Shown piece by piece: positions 52,626-64,000 of a stretch of 64,000 nucleotides of DNA. The position numbers were made by a program, and so were the translations under genes. The stretch is from the human T2T-CHM13v2.0 reference genome, Homo sapiens, in the NCBI RefSeq assembly GCF_009914755.1, contig NC_060929.1. The stretch is one strand, 5' to 3'. The notes beneath the pieces were generated by a model. It was given only the letters and a program-made list of their open reading frames with translations, made no database searches and was not told the DNA's origin. How positions within the stretch are numbered: position 1 is the stretch's first letter; each line of letters opens with the position of its first letter.

Positions 52626-55600
52626 TATCCTGGTGGAAATCTAAATAGCAAATAAGTAGTGTAATATAATATTTCATTTTGATGATAAAGATAAACAATT
52701 TTTTTAGTGGAATATAATAAATTCACCATTAAAAGATACCTTCATCATCATCTTTTCAAGTATTTATTATTAAGTTAAAAATGAGCTGATACATTCACTA
52801 AGCTTAACTACTAGAACTCTGAGTACTTTTGTAATTTCTTTAATTCTCAGATGCATAAGCTAAGAAACTAAAATGCTATTGATAAAATTGTTTATCTTCT
52901 CAGCCCTTGCTAGAAGTGTTTATTCTGGCATAATTTTTTACTTCCCCAGGCAATTGGGCTTCTCTTACTTTTCTTTAGCTACTGCTCTATATCCTAATTT
53001 AACAGCTTACTGTCAATGAGTTGACACTGATTTTCATTTTAAATTTTAGTTTCTTAATTTCATCCTATAACTCCTAATTACTTTTACATATCATTGCTCT
53101 TTCTAACTTGTAAAGTAGTACTTTCTCCTCTAATATTAATCCATTTCATATTACTATAGTTAGTTATCATTTTCCCATCAATCGTTTCCCAGCCAGATTT
53201 ACATATTCAGGACTTTTTAATTGTTTCTCATTAATCACTTCTATTATTCCTTAAATCACCCTATTATATTCTTCTCTGGAACTATATAACCATTATAAAT
53301 ACAAGGATATTGAAAATGCTGTTTAGCCAAGTTGCCGTATGAGTCAATTATTCTTAGAGTTTAGAGAGGTTCTAAAATTCTATTCTCCTAACTAATAAGA
53401 GAAGAGACTCTTCATGACCTCTTCTTTGTCTGATTCCTATGCTTCACCAGCATCCAGATTTTAGTTCCAAGATTGGGTAGATAGGGTCGATATCAACATT
53501 TTCATACATAAAATTGTCATCTTAATCATTAAATAAAATGGCCTAGACCAGGAATAGTGACTGACATCATTATTAATTTTTTGTTTTCTGGAAAAGTATT
53601 TAACTTATATTATGGTATTTTGTCAAAACACAGGAAAATTGTATGAATTTAAGCAGCGTTTCTCCACCTAGGCTTTTGTATTATAATATGCTTTGTGGCC
53701 CTTGTCAGAGGTCTGGCCTGGATGATGGACAGTCTGTGGAAACCGGAGTATATGCATAAGCTTTCTCATCATATATTTCTCTATACAGAAGAAAGTAATT
53801 CTTATTCATTGTGTATAATTCTAAGGACACTGATACAAATAAATATTACATGTTTGCTTTCTGTCATTTGAACACTGGACAAATAAGTGCAAAGATCTTT
53901 CATTTCAAATAGCTTAAGTATACATTATATTATACAGAAAGTATGCTTATTATTATTTATATATAATTATACACAAGCTCATATGTGTGTATATGTATAT
54001 CTATGTGTTTTGTGCATATGTGTGCACGTGTATGTGTATATATGACATAAATAAAATAATTAAAAATACCCAATACATACACAAACTTACCAACAGCCCA
54101 TGCATATATATAGCTTAATTCATCAAGATGTTTCGTCAGATCATTAGTTTCCAAATACTGCATAAACTGTATTTTAGGAATATATGTGTCAAAACAATCA
54201 ATTAGCTTTCAATGAAGTTTCAAACGATTTATTACTCCAGGCTCATCATTATGCCTATAGATGAACAGCATGAAAAATAATTTACCCAATAGCGTTTCCG
54301 TGTCAAAGTCATCCAAAATATAGTAATAGATATTACTGAATTGAAACTTGGAATTCCTCTATCAGCTGTGGCTGAAAAGAATAACTTTTCAGACTTTAGA
54401 ACCTTATAAGAATATAAAACAGAAACTTAGTTGAGTTTTTTTTGATAATGAAATTCCTAAGGAATGTTCATATTTTGTAAGCAGTCCATTAGAATTAGAA
54501 ATCTACTGTTTCTTATTTATAGTTTGTGATCATGTGTTTGCCTGTGTGTGATTATTCACAATGGGTTGGGATGACTTATTTATTACTCTTTGTGGTTCAA
54601 AGTCTAAAAATGTTAAAATCTGTTAGTAAACAACATTCGATCCTTATTGTGTTACTAAATGCAAGTCAAAGGAATGACAATGTAATCCTCAATAAACACA
54701 ATCCACTAAAAGACCAGAAATATAGTATGTAGAATAAATCTAGTATGGTTGTAGCGGAACATATTTCATGTTTTTATCTTATAATTTACTTAAACTTTAA
54801 AAAACAAATTTATAACTTTCAGTGTTTACTCTTAAGACCCATCTCAAATCATGTGTTAAATAAAAGGGTTTGATAATATTTTACCCATGGTGGGGTATGG
54901 AAATCTTAAAAATACACAGTACTTGGTTATGAAAGTGTTTTATGTCTCCTATAGGCAGGGATACACTTGTAGTACACATAGATACACACTCAGGAAAATT
55001 ATCAGTACATTCACAGTAAATTAATTTTTGAAAATTCTTATCCTATCAGAAGCTACAACTTTAAGAGGAAAATAAAACTGATAGGTTTTCCACATTCAGA
55101 AGTTATAGAAATGCATATTTTGATAAGTGAAACCAAAAAGATAATCCAAAAGATATTTATGACTGAAATGTACCTGAACATGTTGTACTACAAATACGAT
55201 ATTTAACGTAAACTTAAAAAAAGTCTTCTCTTGAAGAAGCAGGAAGAGGAAGTTGATTGCCAAGAAACATGAAGACAGTATATACATTGTGTTGTAATAT
55301 ACACACGGTATTTCATTCTTAGTTTGCTTCCAGTTAAATCAAATAACGTGAAATAAAGATGGCAGCAAAATCAAAATCTTCACATGGATTGGTCTGGAGG
55401 TATAATTAAAAACTGGTGCAAAAATAGGAAGAAAAGAAGGCAAGGAAAAAGAAGTATTGAGGTAGTATTAGATAGTAGTTATTATTGAGGTAGTAGTAAT
55501 TATTAGACAGACATAGCTTAGAGCACAATTTTCACCTCGTTTCATGTTTTCCATAATCACCCTGTAAAGTGCTTAAACAAGAAAACTGACACTTCAAAGA

Positions 55601-56474
55601 GTTGAGATAATGTCATAGATCTCCTAAATGACAAGATCAAGATTTATATTTCATTTTACAGTAAGGTTATATCTTCAAGCATCCTTTGTTGACTCGAAGG
55701 ACAAGTTTAAAATTTTTTGGCTTAAGTTAATTTGCATTGTATTTACAGTTGAATTAGTTAGAAGGGAATGACAACACAACAGTATTTGCTGAAAATCAGA
55801 AGGCCAAATAGAATCAGAAACCTAAAGAAAACATAATATTTGGATCCACTTCTGTAAAGTGTGCAAATAGGAGCCATATAAGAAGAGACTTTGAGAAAGG
55901 CTGCTAAGGAGAAGCACATCTCTAGCTACAAGAGGTTTATGTCAGAGGAAAGAGAGTACATCCAATTGCATTCATCCTTATCTTTTTTCCCCTTTCCACC
56001 CAGCCAGGCTTCATTAAACAATGAATGAAAGTTATCAAAGTGTATTTACAATGTACCACACCATGCACCAGTGAATTCAACTTGGCAATTTTCTGATGAA
56101 GGAATGATACAGACAGGAACGTTGCAGACAGTCCTGCTGGCGGATTTATAGAGCAGTGCTGATTTCTATCTGTGAGGAGATTAGCTGTTCTGCCCAGCTG
56201 GCTAAAGTGAACTGCCTTAGAGATTAAATAAGGAATAGGTTTTTAAGAACTGTTTTATCTTTTTTCTGCCATCTCAATGAGTATCTCTTGAAGGTTAAAA
56301 TCCACTCAGGTATACAGGTTTTTGAAATTGCAATTATTTATGCCCTAAAGCATACAGCAATTAAATAACTCTGAGATTGATAATCCTAATCAGAAGTATC
56401 AAAAAATTACGTGAATGCAACATGTACATACCTCAGAGGAAATCTAGACTACATTAAAAAATATGTTCAAGGGA

Positions 56475-56821
56475 GGCCAGATGCAGTGGCTCACACCTGT
56501 AATCCCAGCAGTTTGGGAGGCGGAAGCTGGCAGATCGTTTGGGCTCAGGAGTTAGAGACCAGCCAGGGCAACATGGTGAGGCCCCGTTTCTACTAAAAAT
56601 ACAAAAAAAAAAAAAAAAAAAAAAGAAAAAAAGAAAAAGAAAAAGAAAAAAGAAAAAATAGCCAGGCTTGGTGGTGCTCACCTGTGGTCCCAGCTACCAG
56701 GGAGACTGAAGTGGAAAAATCACTTGGGCACTAGGGACCGAGGCGGCAGTGAGTCAAGATCGCACCACTGCACTCCAGCCTGGGTGACAGAGCAAGACTC
56801 TATCTCCAAAAAAAAAAAAAA
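56475..56821 (+). mobile_element. AluJ with expanded A-rich middle linker
   Basis: J-type tgggctcaggagtt; linker 56603-56660; ttcaagg on both flanks as TSD remnant. Confidence 0.9.
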
Positions 56822-57729
56822 TTCAAGGAAAAAAGTGAAAGACAATTTGAACTTATTAAATGTCAAGAATATTTTTAGTACATCATCACTTACCATTTAC
56901 AGAATTGAAACGATTCTGATCTTGAAAATATGCATTGTGTGTATATGCACCAAATAGAATGAACCATTAATATTAAATTAATTAAATATGTGCACACACA
57001 TTAACATATATAATTTTACCTTTGTTTTTCAGACCTCTAATTAATTGTAGCCATGTAAGGTGGTGAGATATGTGCACCGTCCTTAATTCTACAACTGATA
57101 GTCATACTTCAGATTACGTGTGTAATCAAACCATCCACTGCCACTTTCACTTTTTGTCAATATGAAGTTGTTTTCCATTTTATAAAAACAATAGGACTTA
57201 ATACACAGGAACGCCACCACTGCACCCATACACATCCTCACTACATCATTGCAAACTTACCCGCAGTCATTTGCTTCTATCTTCTGTCCTATGGTAACCT
57301 CAGAGATGGAGGCATACTATCTTAGGTTGTTTCCTTGCACTTGTGATTCAGGATTCTTTTGAGGTTCATCTCCACCCATAATGAATCTTTTTAAATTACT
57401 TATCCTCTCTTCAGTATCCCTAGACTACATCAGTATCCTTGATGTCTTGTCTGTATTGAGCTTTTTGTCCCTGTGCATAGAAACACTCTTGTCTCCCAAC
57501 TTAAAATTAAAACATTTATTTCATTGTGTTCTTGGTTTATTTGCTTTATAATCTTTCTCCACCACGTAGGTACTAACCTTCTCCAAGAAGACAGTGTTTT
57601 TCTATTTTTTTCCTCCCATATTTTTGCTTCCCATTCTCTCTCCATCTCATCACAATTAGTTTCTCTCTCCATTGTAGCAAAGAATAATCACATATCTTCC
57701 ATCTGAATATATAACATGAGTAAGTGTTC

Positions 57730-57975
57730 AGACTCTGATGACAGACACCCCAATTCAGTTTTCTGTCAACTTTCTGCTTGGGCACTATTTTTATCGCGTT
57801 GTGATTCAGTTTCTTTAGCTATAAAGCGGGGATAATAACACTCTCTTTCCCAAAATGTCACAGTAAGAATTAAAAGGACAATTATGGGTATATTAATTCA
57901 ATAAAGACATTGCAATGTGCTTAAAATCTGTCTTGATACAGAGGAAATACTCTAACAAATATTAGTTGCTGCTAC
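57730..57975 (+). mobile_element. MIR
   Basis: tcagtttctttagctataaagcggggataataac...aaatattagttgctgct. Confidence 0.65.
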
Positions 57976-57997
57976 TATTTTTTTCTTCTTAAAGGCA

Positions 57998-60970
57998 TTT
58001 TATTTTATTTTTTTATTTTCAACTTTTATTTTAAGTTCAGTGGCACATGTGCAGGATATGCAGGTTTGTTACATAGGTAAACATGTGCCATGGTGGTCTG
58101 CCGCACAGATTAACCCATCACCTAGGTATTAAGCCCAGCATCCCTTAGCTATACTTCCTGACCCTCTCCCTTCTCCCACCCCCTACTCCTATAGGCCCGT
58201 GTGTGTTGTTAACCCTATGTGTCCATGTATTCTCATCATTTAGCTCCCACTTATAAGTCAGAGCACGTCGTATTTGGTTTTCTGTTCCCGCATTAGTTTG
58301 CCTAAATAATGGCCTTCAACTCTGTCTATGTCCCTACAAAGGACACGAATGTAGTTCCTTTTTATTGCTGCATAGTATTGCGTGGTGTATATGCACCACA
58401 TTATCTTTACCTAGTCTATCATTGATGAACATTTAGGTTGATTCCATGTCTTTACTATTGTGAATAGTCCTGCAATAAACATAGACATGCATGTGTCTTT
58501 ATAACAGAATGAATGATATTCCTTTGGGTATATACCCAGTAATGGGATTGCTGGATCAAATGGTAGTTCTGCCTCTAGGTCTTTGAGGAATTGCCACACT
58601 GTCTTCCAGAACGGTTGAACTAATTTACACTTCTACCAGCAGTGTAAAAGTGTTCCTTTTTCTCCACAACCTCGTTAGCATCTGTTGTATTTGACTTTTT
58701 AATAAAAGCCATTCTGACTGGTGTGAGATGGTATCACATTGTGGTTTAGATTTGCATTTCTCTAATGATCAGTGATGTTGAGCTTTTTTTCATATGTTTG
58801 TTGACTGCATAAATGTCTTCTTTTGGGAAGTGTCTGTCTGTTCATGTCCTTTGCCCACTTTTTAATGAGGTTTTTTTTTTCTTGCAAATACATTTAAGAT
58901 ACTTATAGATGCTGGATATTAGAGCTTTGTCAGATGCATAGATTACAAAAATCTTCTCCCATTCTGTATGTTGTCTGTTTAACCTGTTGATAGTTTCTTT
59001 TACTGTGAAGAAGCTATTTAGTTTAATTATTAGATTGGTACAAAAGTAATTGTGATTTTGCAACTAAAATAAATGCCAAAACCTGCAATTACTTTTGCAT
59101 CAACCTAACAGAACTTCTTTGTCAGTTTTAGCTTTTGTTGCAATTGCTTTAGGGCTCTTCGTCATGATATCTTTGCCTGTGCCTATGTCCTGAAAGGTAA
59201 TACGTAGGTTTTTCTTCTAGGATTTTTATAGTTTTGGGTTTTACATTTAAGTCTTTAATGCATGTTGAATTGATTTTTGTATGTAGTATAAGGAAGGGTG
59301 TCAGTTTCAATTTTCTGCATATGGTTAGCCAGTTGTCCCAGCACAATTTATTAAATAGGGAATCCTTTCTCCATTGCTTGTTTTTGTCAGGTTTGTCAAA
59401 GATCAGATAGTGGTAAGTATGCAGTCTTATGTGTGGGTTTTGTATTGTTTTCCATTGGTCTGTGTGTCTTTTTTTTTTTGTACCAGTACCATGTTGTTTT
59501 GGTTACTGTAGCACTGTAGTATAGTTTGAAGTCAGATAGCATAATGCCTCCAGATTTCTTTTTGCTTAGGATTGCCTTGGCTCTTCAGGCTTTTTGGTTT
59601 CATATAAATTTTAAATCATTTTTTTCTAATTCTCTGAAGAATGTTAATGATAGTTTCATGGAAATAGCACTGAATCTATTGATTGCTTTGGGCAGTATGG
59701 CCAATTTCACGATATTGATTCTTCCTATCCATGAGCATGGAATTTTTTTCGTTTGTTTCTGTCATCTCTGATTTCTTTGAGCAGTGGTTTGTAGTTCTTC
59801 TTGAATAGGTCCTTTGCTTCCCTTGTTAACCATATCGCTAGGTATTTTACTCTTTTTGTGGTGATTGTGAATGAGAGTTCATTCATGATTTGTTTTAGGC
59901 TTGCCTATTGTTGGTGTATAGGAATGCTGGTGATTTTTGCATATTGATGTTGTATCCTGAGACTTTGCTGAAGTTGCTTATCAGCTTAAGTAGCTTTTGG
60001 GCTCAGATGAGGAAGTTTCCGAGATATAGGGTTATGTCATCTGCAAAGAAAATTTGATTTCCTCTCTTCCTATCTGAATACCCTTTATTTTTTTTCTCTT
60101 GCCTGATTGCCCTGGCCAGAAGCTTTATAAGCGAAGGAGAAATAAAATCCTTTCCAGACAAATAAATGCTGAGGGAGTTCATTACCACCATATCTGCCTT
60201 ACAAGAGCTTCTGAAGGAAGTATTAAATATGGAAAGAAAAACTTGTTATCGGCCTAAAAAACACACTGAAATACACAGACCAGTGACTCTATGAAGCAAC
60301 CATATAAACAACTGTGCAAAATAACCAGCTAGCATCATAATGACTGGATCAAATCCACTCATAACAATACTAACATTAAATGTAAATAGGCTAAACCCCC
60401 CAATAAAAAGACACAGAGTGGCAAGCTGGAGAAAGAGCCAAGAGCCATTGGTATGCTGTTTTCAAAAGACCCATCTCACGTGCAAAGACACTTATGGGCT
60501 CATAAAGGGATGAAGAAAAATTTACCAAGCAAATGGAAAACAGGAAAAAGCAGGGGTTGCAATCCTAGTTTCTGACAGAACAGACTTTAAGCCAAAAAAG
60601 ATCGAAAAAGACAAAAAAAGAGCATTACATAATGGTAAAGGGTTCAATTCAACACGAAGTAACTACACTAAATGTATATGGACTCAATACAGGAGTACCC
60701 AGATTCATACAGCAAGCTCTTAGAAACCTTCAAAGAGACTTAGACTCCCACACAATAATAGTGGGAGACTTTAAAACCTCACTGACATTATGAGACAGAT
60801 CATCAAGACAGAAAAGTAATAAAGATATTTAGGACCTGAACTCAGCTCTGGCTCTAGAAGATATCTATTTAGTAGATTCTGATAGTTATCTATAGAACTC
60901 TCCACCCCAAAACAACAGAATATACATTCTCCTCGTTGCCACATGACACTTACTCTAAAGTTGATCAAAT
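57998..60970 (-). mobile_element. Older L1PA with 5' inversion: 57998-60121 antisense ORF2 3' half and 3'UTR; 60122-60970 sense ORF1 end and endonuclease region
   Basis: Orientation flips at cctggccaga|agctttataagcgaaggag. Chimeric ORF 60003-60191 spans the junction. Confidence 0.88.
59030..59108. mobile_element. MADE1 (Hsmar1-derived MITE) inserted in the L1
   Basis: ttagattggtacaaaagtaattg...caattacttttgcatcaacctaa. TA at 59028-59029 and CA at 59109-59110; the L1 sequence is contiguous across it. Confidence 0.9.
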
Positions 60971-61419
60971 ACAACCTGCTAATGATAATCACCCAGTCAA
61001 TCCTGTACTTCCTTTAGCCGAATCCAATCAATGTTTATAATCCAAAATTGTTTTAAATTTCTAGAACAGTTCACTTTTTGATGACTAGCTACCTCCTGAA
61101 CAGCGTCCCTTGGGAATATTCAATGCCAACATTCTCTCCTATTATTTGAAGATTTCCTCCAAGATTATATTTCCTCCGTTTTCATGCTTGTTTCTTAAAC
61201 AATCAGTTGTCAGATTAATCTTTTAGAAAAAATTAATCCAGTTTACCTGAATTATTTTGAGTAAAGAAGTCACCCATAAAATGAAAAGCAGGCAATCCTC
61301 TTCTCACCTTTGTATCCACATCCTCATCCATTAATTACTCTAATATTTATTGAATGCCAACTCTGTGTCAGAAAAAAATGCTAGATGTTGGGAATGCAGT
61401 GATAAGTTAACACACAGCC

Positions 61420-61998
61420 TTGGCATCATGTTGCTTAATTCAGCAATCAGAAATCTTGACATCAAATTAGACCTAGTCACTTTTTTCTTACATCTCTTCA
61501 ATGGCTTTCCATTTGGCAAAATTCAGCAAGGCCTTGTGTGCTCTTGTGCCCACTGACTGCATTCCTCATTCCCTCTACTCTGGATTCAGCCACATTATTT
61601 TGATCCCTTAAATGTGCCATGTTTCACTCACCTCAGGCACTTGGTACATTTTCTGTCTTCCTGAAATAGTCATCCTTACAGTCTATATCTAATTTACTCC
61701 TAGGCTTCTTTCAATTCTCTCTTTAACTATTGCTGAATACCAGAAAGGATTAAATATTCTAGATTTTTCCCCTGTAGCACTATATAACTCTTCTTCATAG
61801 TAAACATATTATTGATCTAGGAATTTATGTGATATTTGATTAATGTCTGTCCACGTCCATAGATTAGAAGCTGTGTGCATGTAGGGGCTGAGTCTGCCTT
61901 TGCTCCAGACTTATCCTTCTTATTCTTTGCATAGCTCATGTGGAACATAGCAACTGACACATTGAAGGAACTCAAAATAAATACATTTGTTAAATAAA
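61420..61998 (+). mobile_element. L2 3' region (a small antisense L2 tail lies at about 61325-61400)
   Basis: tcaatggctttccatt, cctcaggcactt, agattagaagct...gaactcaaaataaatacatttgttaaataaat. Confidence 0.7.
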
Positions 61999-62081
61999 TA
62001 TGCAAATTGTCTCTTTTCATTATCCCCTTGACCTAGGTTTGACAATTTGAGAAAAAAAATTTACAATGAGAAAATACTTTA

Positions 62082-62296
62082 GGTGAAGACATTGATATTT
62101 TATATGTACCAGTGGTGATTATTGTTCTCTAAGTGTTTAAAACCAAGTTATTCTTAGAACTTCCCCATGGTAGTATTCAACAGACAAGTTAATATTCAAT
62201 TTTAAATCAATATAAAATTATAATTACTAGAAGAAGAATTAATGAGATTTCATACAATCCAAATAGAAAAGTATATGTATACAAGTAGCTAGACAG
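62082..62296 (+). repeat. Direct repeat copy 1 (partner 63783-64000+)
   Basis: About 215 bp, roughly 14 differences from copy 2 by manual alignment. Confidence 0.95.
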
Positions 62297-62305
62297 ATGG
62301 ATAGA

Positions 62306-62337
<32 letters not shown>

Positions 62338-62355
62338 TAGATAGATAGATAGACA
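62290..62355. repeat. Compound (GATA)n/(GACA)n tetranucleotide STR
   Basis: Read directly. Confidence 0.95.
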
Positions 62356-62871
62356 ACAGGCTCACATCAACATCTACAGTAGGCACATTAGAATAAAATA
62401 TCTCAGCCTGTTATCTAAATAGTTCTACTGTAGAATCACCTGGAGTACATTTTAAAATGGCAAATATCTCAGCCCCCTTCGTCATCCTCTCTGGCTATAA
62501 CAGAATCACCACAGCTTTATTAGGATGATGCTTTGATTCTTTGCACTTCACTGAAATTACTTTTATTTAATTCTTGACTATTAACATTGGGACATTTCAG
62601 GAAGATTAGAGCAGAGACAAAATGAACAAAGATGGAGAGAAACATTGTTAGTGTAGTCTACATCAGATCTTCCCACCGCAGCAAAACATATTTTCTGAAG
62701 AAAAGATCTAAACAGTTGACAAACAACAATTAAAATGTAATTATATCGCAAAGTGACAATATTTTATCATTTTAATGGCCTGACAGCGTGGATTATTCAT
62801 GCCTCTGCCAAATTTCCATTCAGGAAAAGATGAGTGAGTTGCCTGAATCACAAAAAGTATGTTCTTTTTAC

Positions 62872-63059
62872 CTTCTTTAAAGAAAGGATTCCTTCTCTGG
62901 TCTCTTTGTCAGTGGAGATTGAGAATATTCCCATGCCATCACCATTTATGATGGAGTAGGTCATGTCAGCATTTGAGCCAGTGTCAGCATCATTTGCCTT
63001 GATTTTCCCAACAGCTGAACCAACTTGAGCTGACTCAGGAACATATAGCTGATAGTGTT
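62872..63059 (-). CDS. CDH18: Cadherin-18 internal coding exon (188 nt, probably exon 7), EC3 domain
   Basis: Minus strand acceptor ttccag|AACAC and donor AAG|gtaaaa. Translates (K)HYQLYVPESAQVGSAVGKIKANDADTGSNADMTYSIINGDGMGIFSISTDKETREGILSLKK, with cadherin PE and DxD Ca2+ motifs. Matches the CDH18 sequence as recalled; 188 nt is the usual type II cadherin exon size here. Confidence 0.96.
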
Positions 63060-63782
63060 CTGGAAGACATTTCATATTAAACATATTTAAATACAATGTT
63101 CATGAAATAATCTTACAAGAAAAAATAAATATTTAGAGCACATATTCAAATGAAGACTATATTAGGTAATGCATCAAATGGACTTTTTTAGATTTTAAAA
63201 GTAGACTATTTTGTAATTAAATACTAGATTTATATAAACTTTAAAAGGTACGTAAAATACTTTGCATGAAAATAATTTCTATATTTGAATATGAAATATT
63301 TTATTAGCTCTAAACCCTTAAGCTACAGACAATTAGAAGAGAGGTAAAGTTTTCATTCTGATTTTGAACCAAAACTGAATTAGTCAAGTATTAGTGTAAT
63401 CCCAATTTATTCTTCCACCCATCGTAAATGTGAAGTTCAAATATAAAAATGTGGAAACAAAAAGTATGGAAATATGGAATTCAACAGAAAAACAAGATAA
63501 AATGCCATAGCCTGTTTGTGAATATAGATAATTATTTTTATCAAGAATAGTGAGATATACAGTCATGTCCGAGAACGTGAATGTAGTTACATATTTCTTT
63601 AGCATAAATTCCCTATCAGCTTCTAAAAAGGATTTGAGGTGGCTTCATAATAAAGTTTTAAATAACAAAGTTATTAAAATTTTTAAAAATCGATTACAGA
63701 GTTGAAGCATGAGAAAGTAAATAGCTATAGAAAATTAAACAGCATTTGTGAATTAGCATTAATTTTGACACCTAATATTTTG

Positions 63783-64000
63783 GGTGAAGACAGTGATATT
63801 TTATATACACAAGTGGTGATTATTGTTCTCTAAGTGTTAAAACCAATTTATTCTTAGAACTCCCCTATGATAGTATTCAACAGACAAGTTAATATTCAAT
63901 TTTAAATCAATATACAATTGTAATTACTAGAAGAAGAATTAATGAGATTTCACACAATCCAAATAGAAAAGTATATGTACACAAGTAGCTCATTAGACAG
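63783..64000 (+). repeat. Direct repeat copy 2 (truncated by the window end)
   Basis: Offset 1701 bp from copy 1. Confidence 0.95.

Noticed and set aside
55780-56260. Slightly GC-richer unique segment, possible conserved element
   Set aside because: No diagnostic motif cluster visible; unsupported from sequence alone.

Overview
AT-rich, repeat-dense primate (human-like) genomic DNA from inside the type II cadherin gene CDH18, which is transcribed on the minus strand. Three internal coding exons are present: 63059-62872 (188 nt), 43641-43388 (254 nt) and 15814-15678 (137 nt). All have GT-AG boundaries and splice in frame to a 193-codon stretch covering most of EC3-EC4; from memory these are probably exons 7-9 of the main isoform. 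The rest is intron filled with L1, Alu, MaLR LTR elements (THE1/MST/MLT), L2, MIR and DNA-transposon MITEs. Apart from the two ORFs overlapping CDH18 exons, the supplied ORFs appear to be repeat-derived or chance frames. The most notable structures are: a ~93%-identical direct repeat bracketing the 188-nt exon and running off the window end; a templated inverted duplication inside a full-length L1PB1; a sense-oriented L1PA with intact ends and TSD but ~5.3 kb missing; a cluster of four AP-1 motifs at an Alu breakpoint; and a three-arm palindrome over the likely branch point of the 254-nt exon. Repeat subfamily names and the boundaries of old repeats come from visual recognition and are approximate. 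No new protein-coding system is supported.
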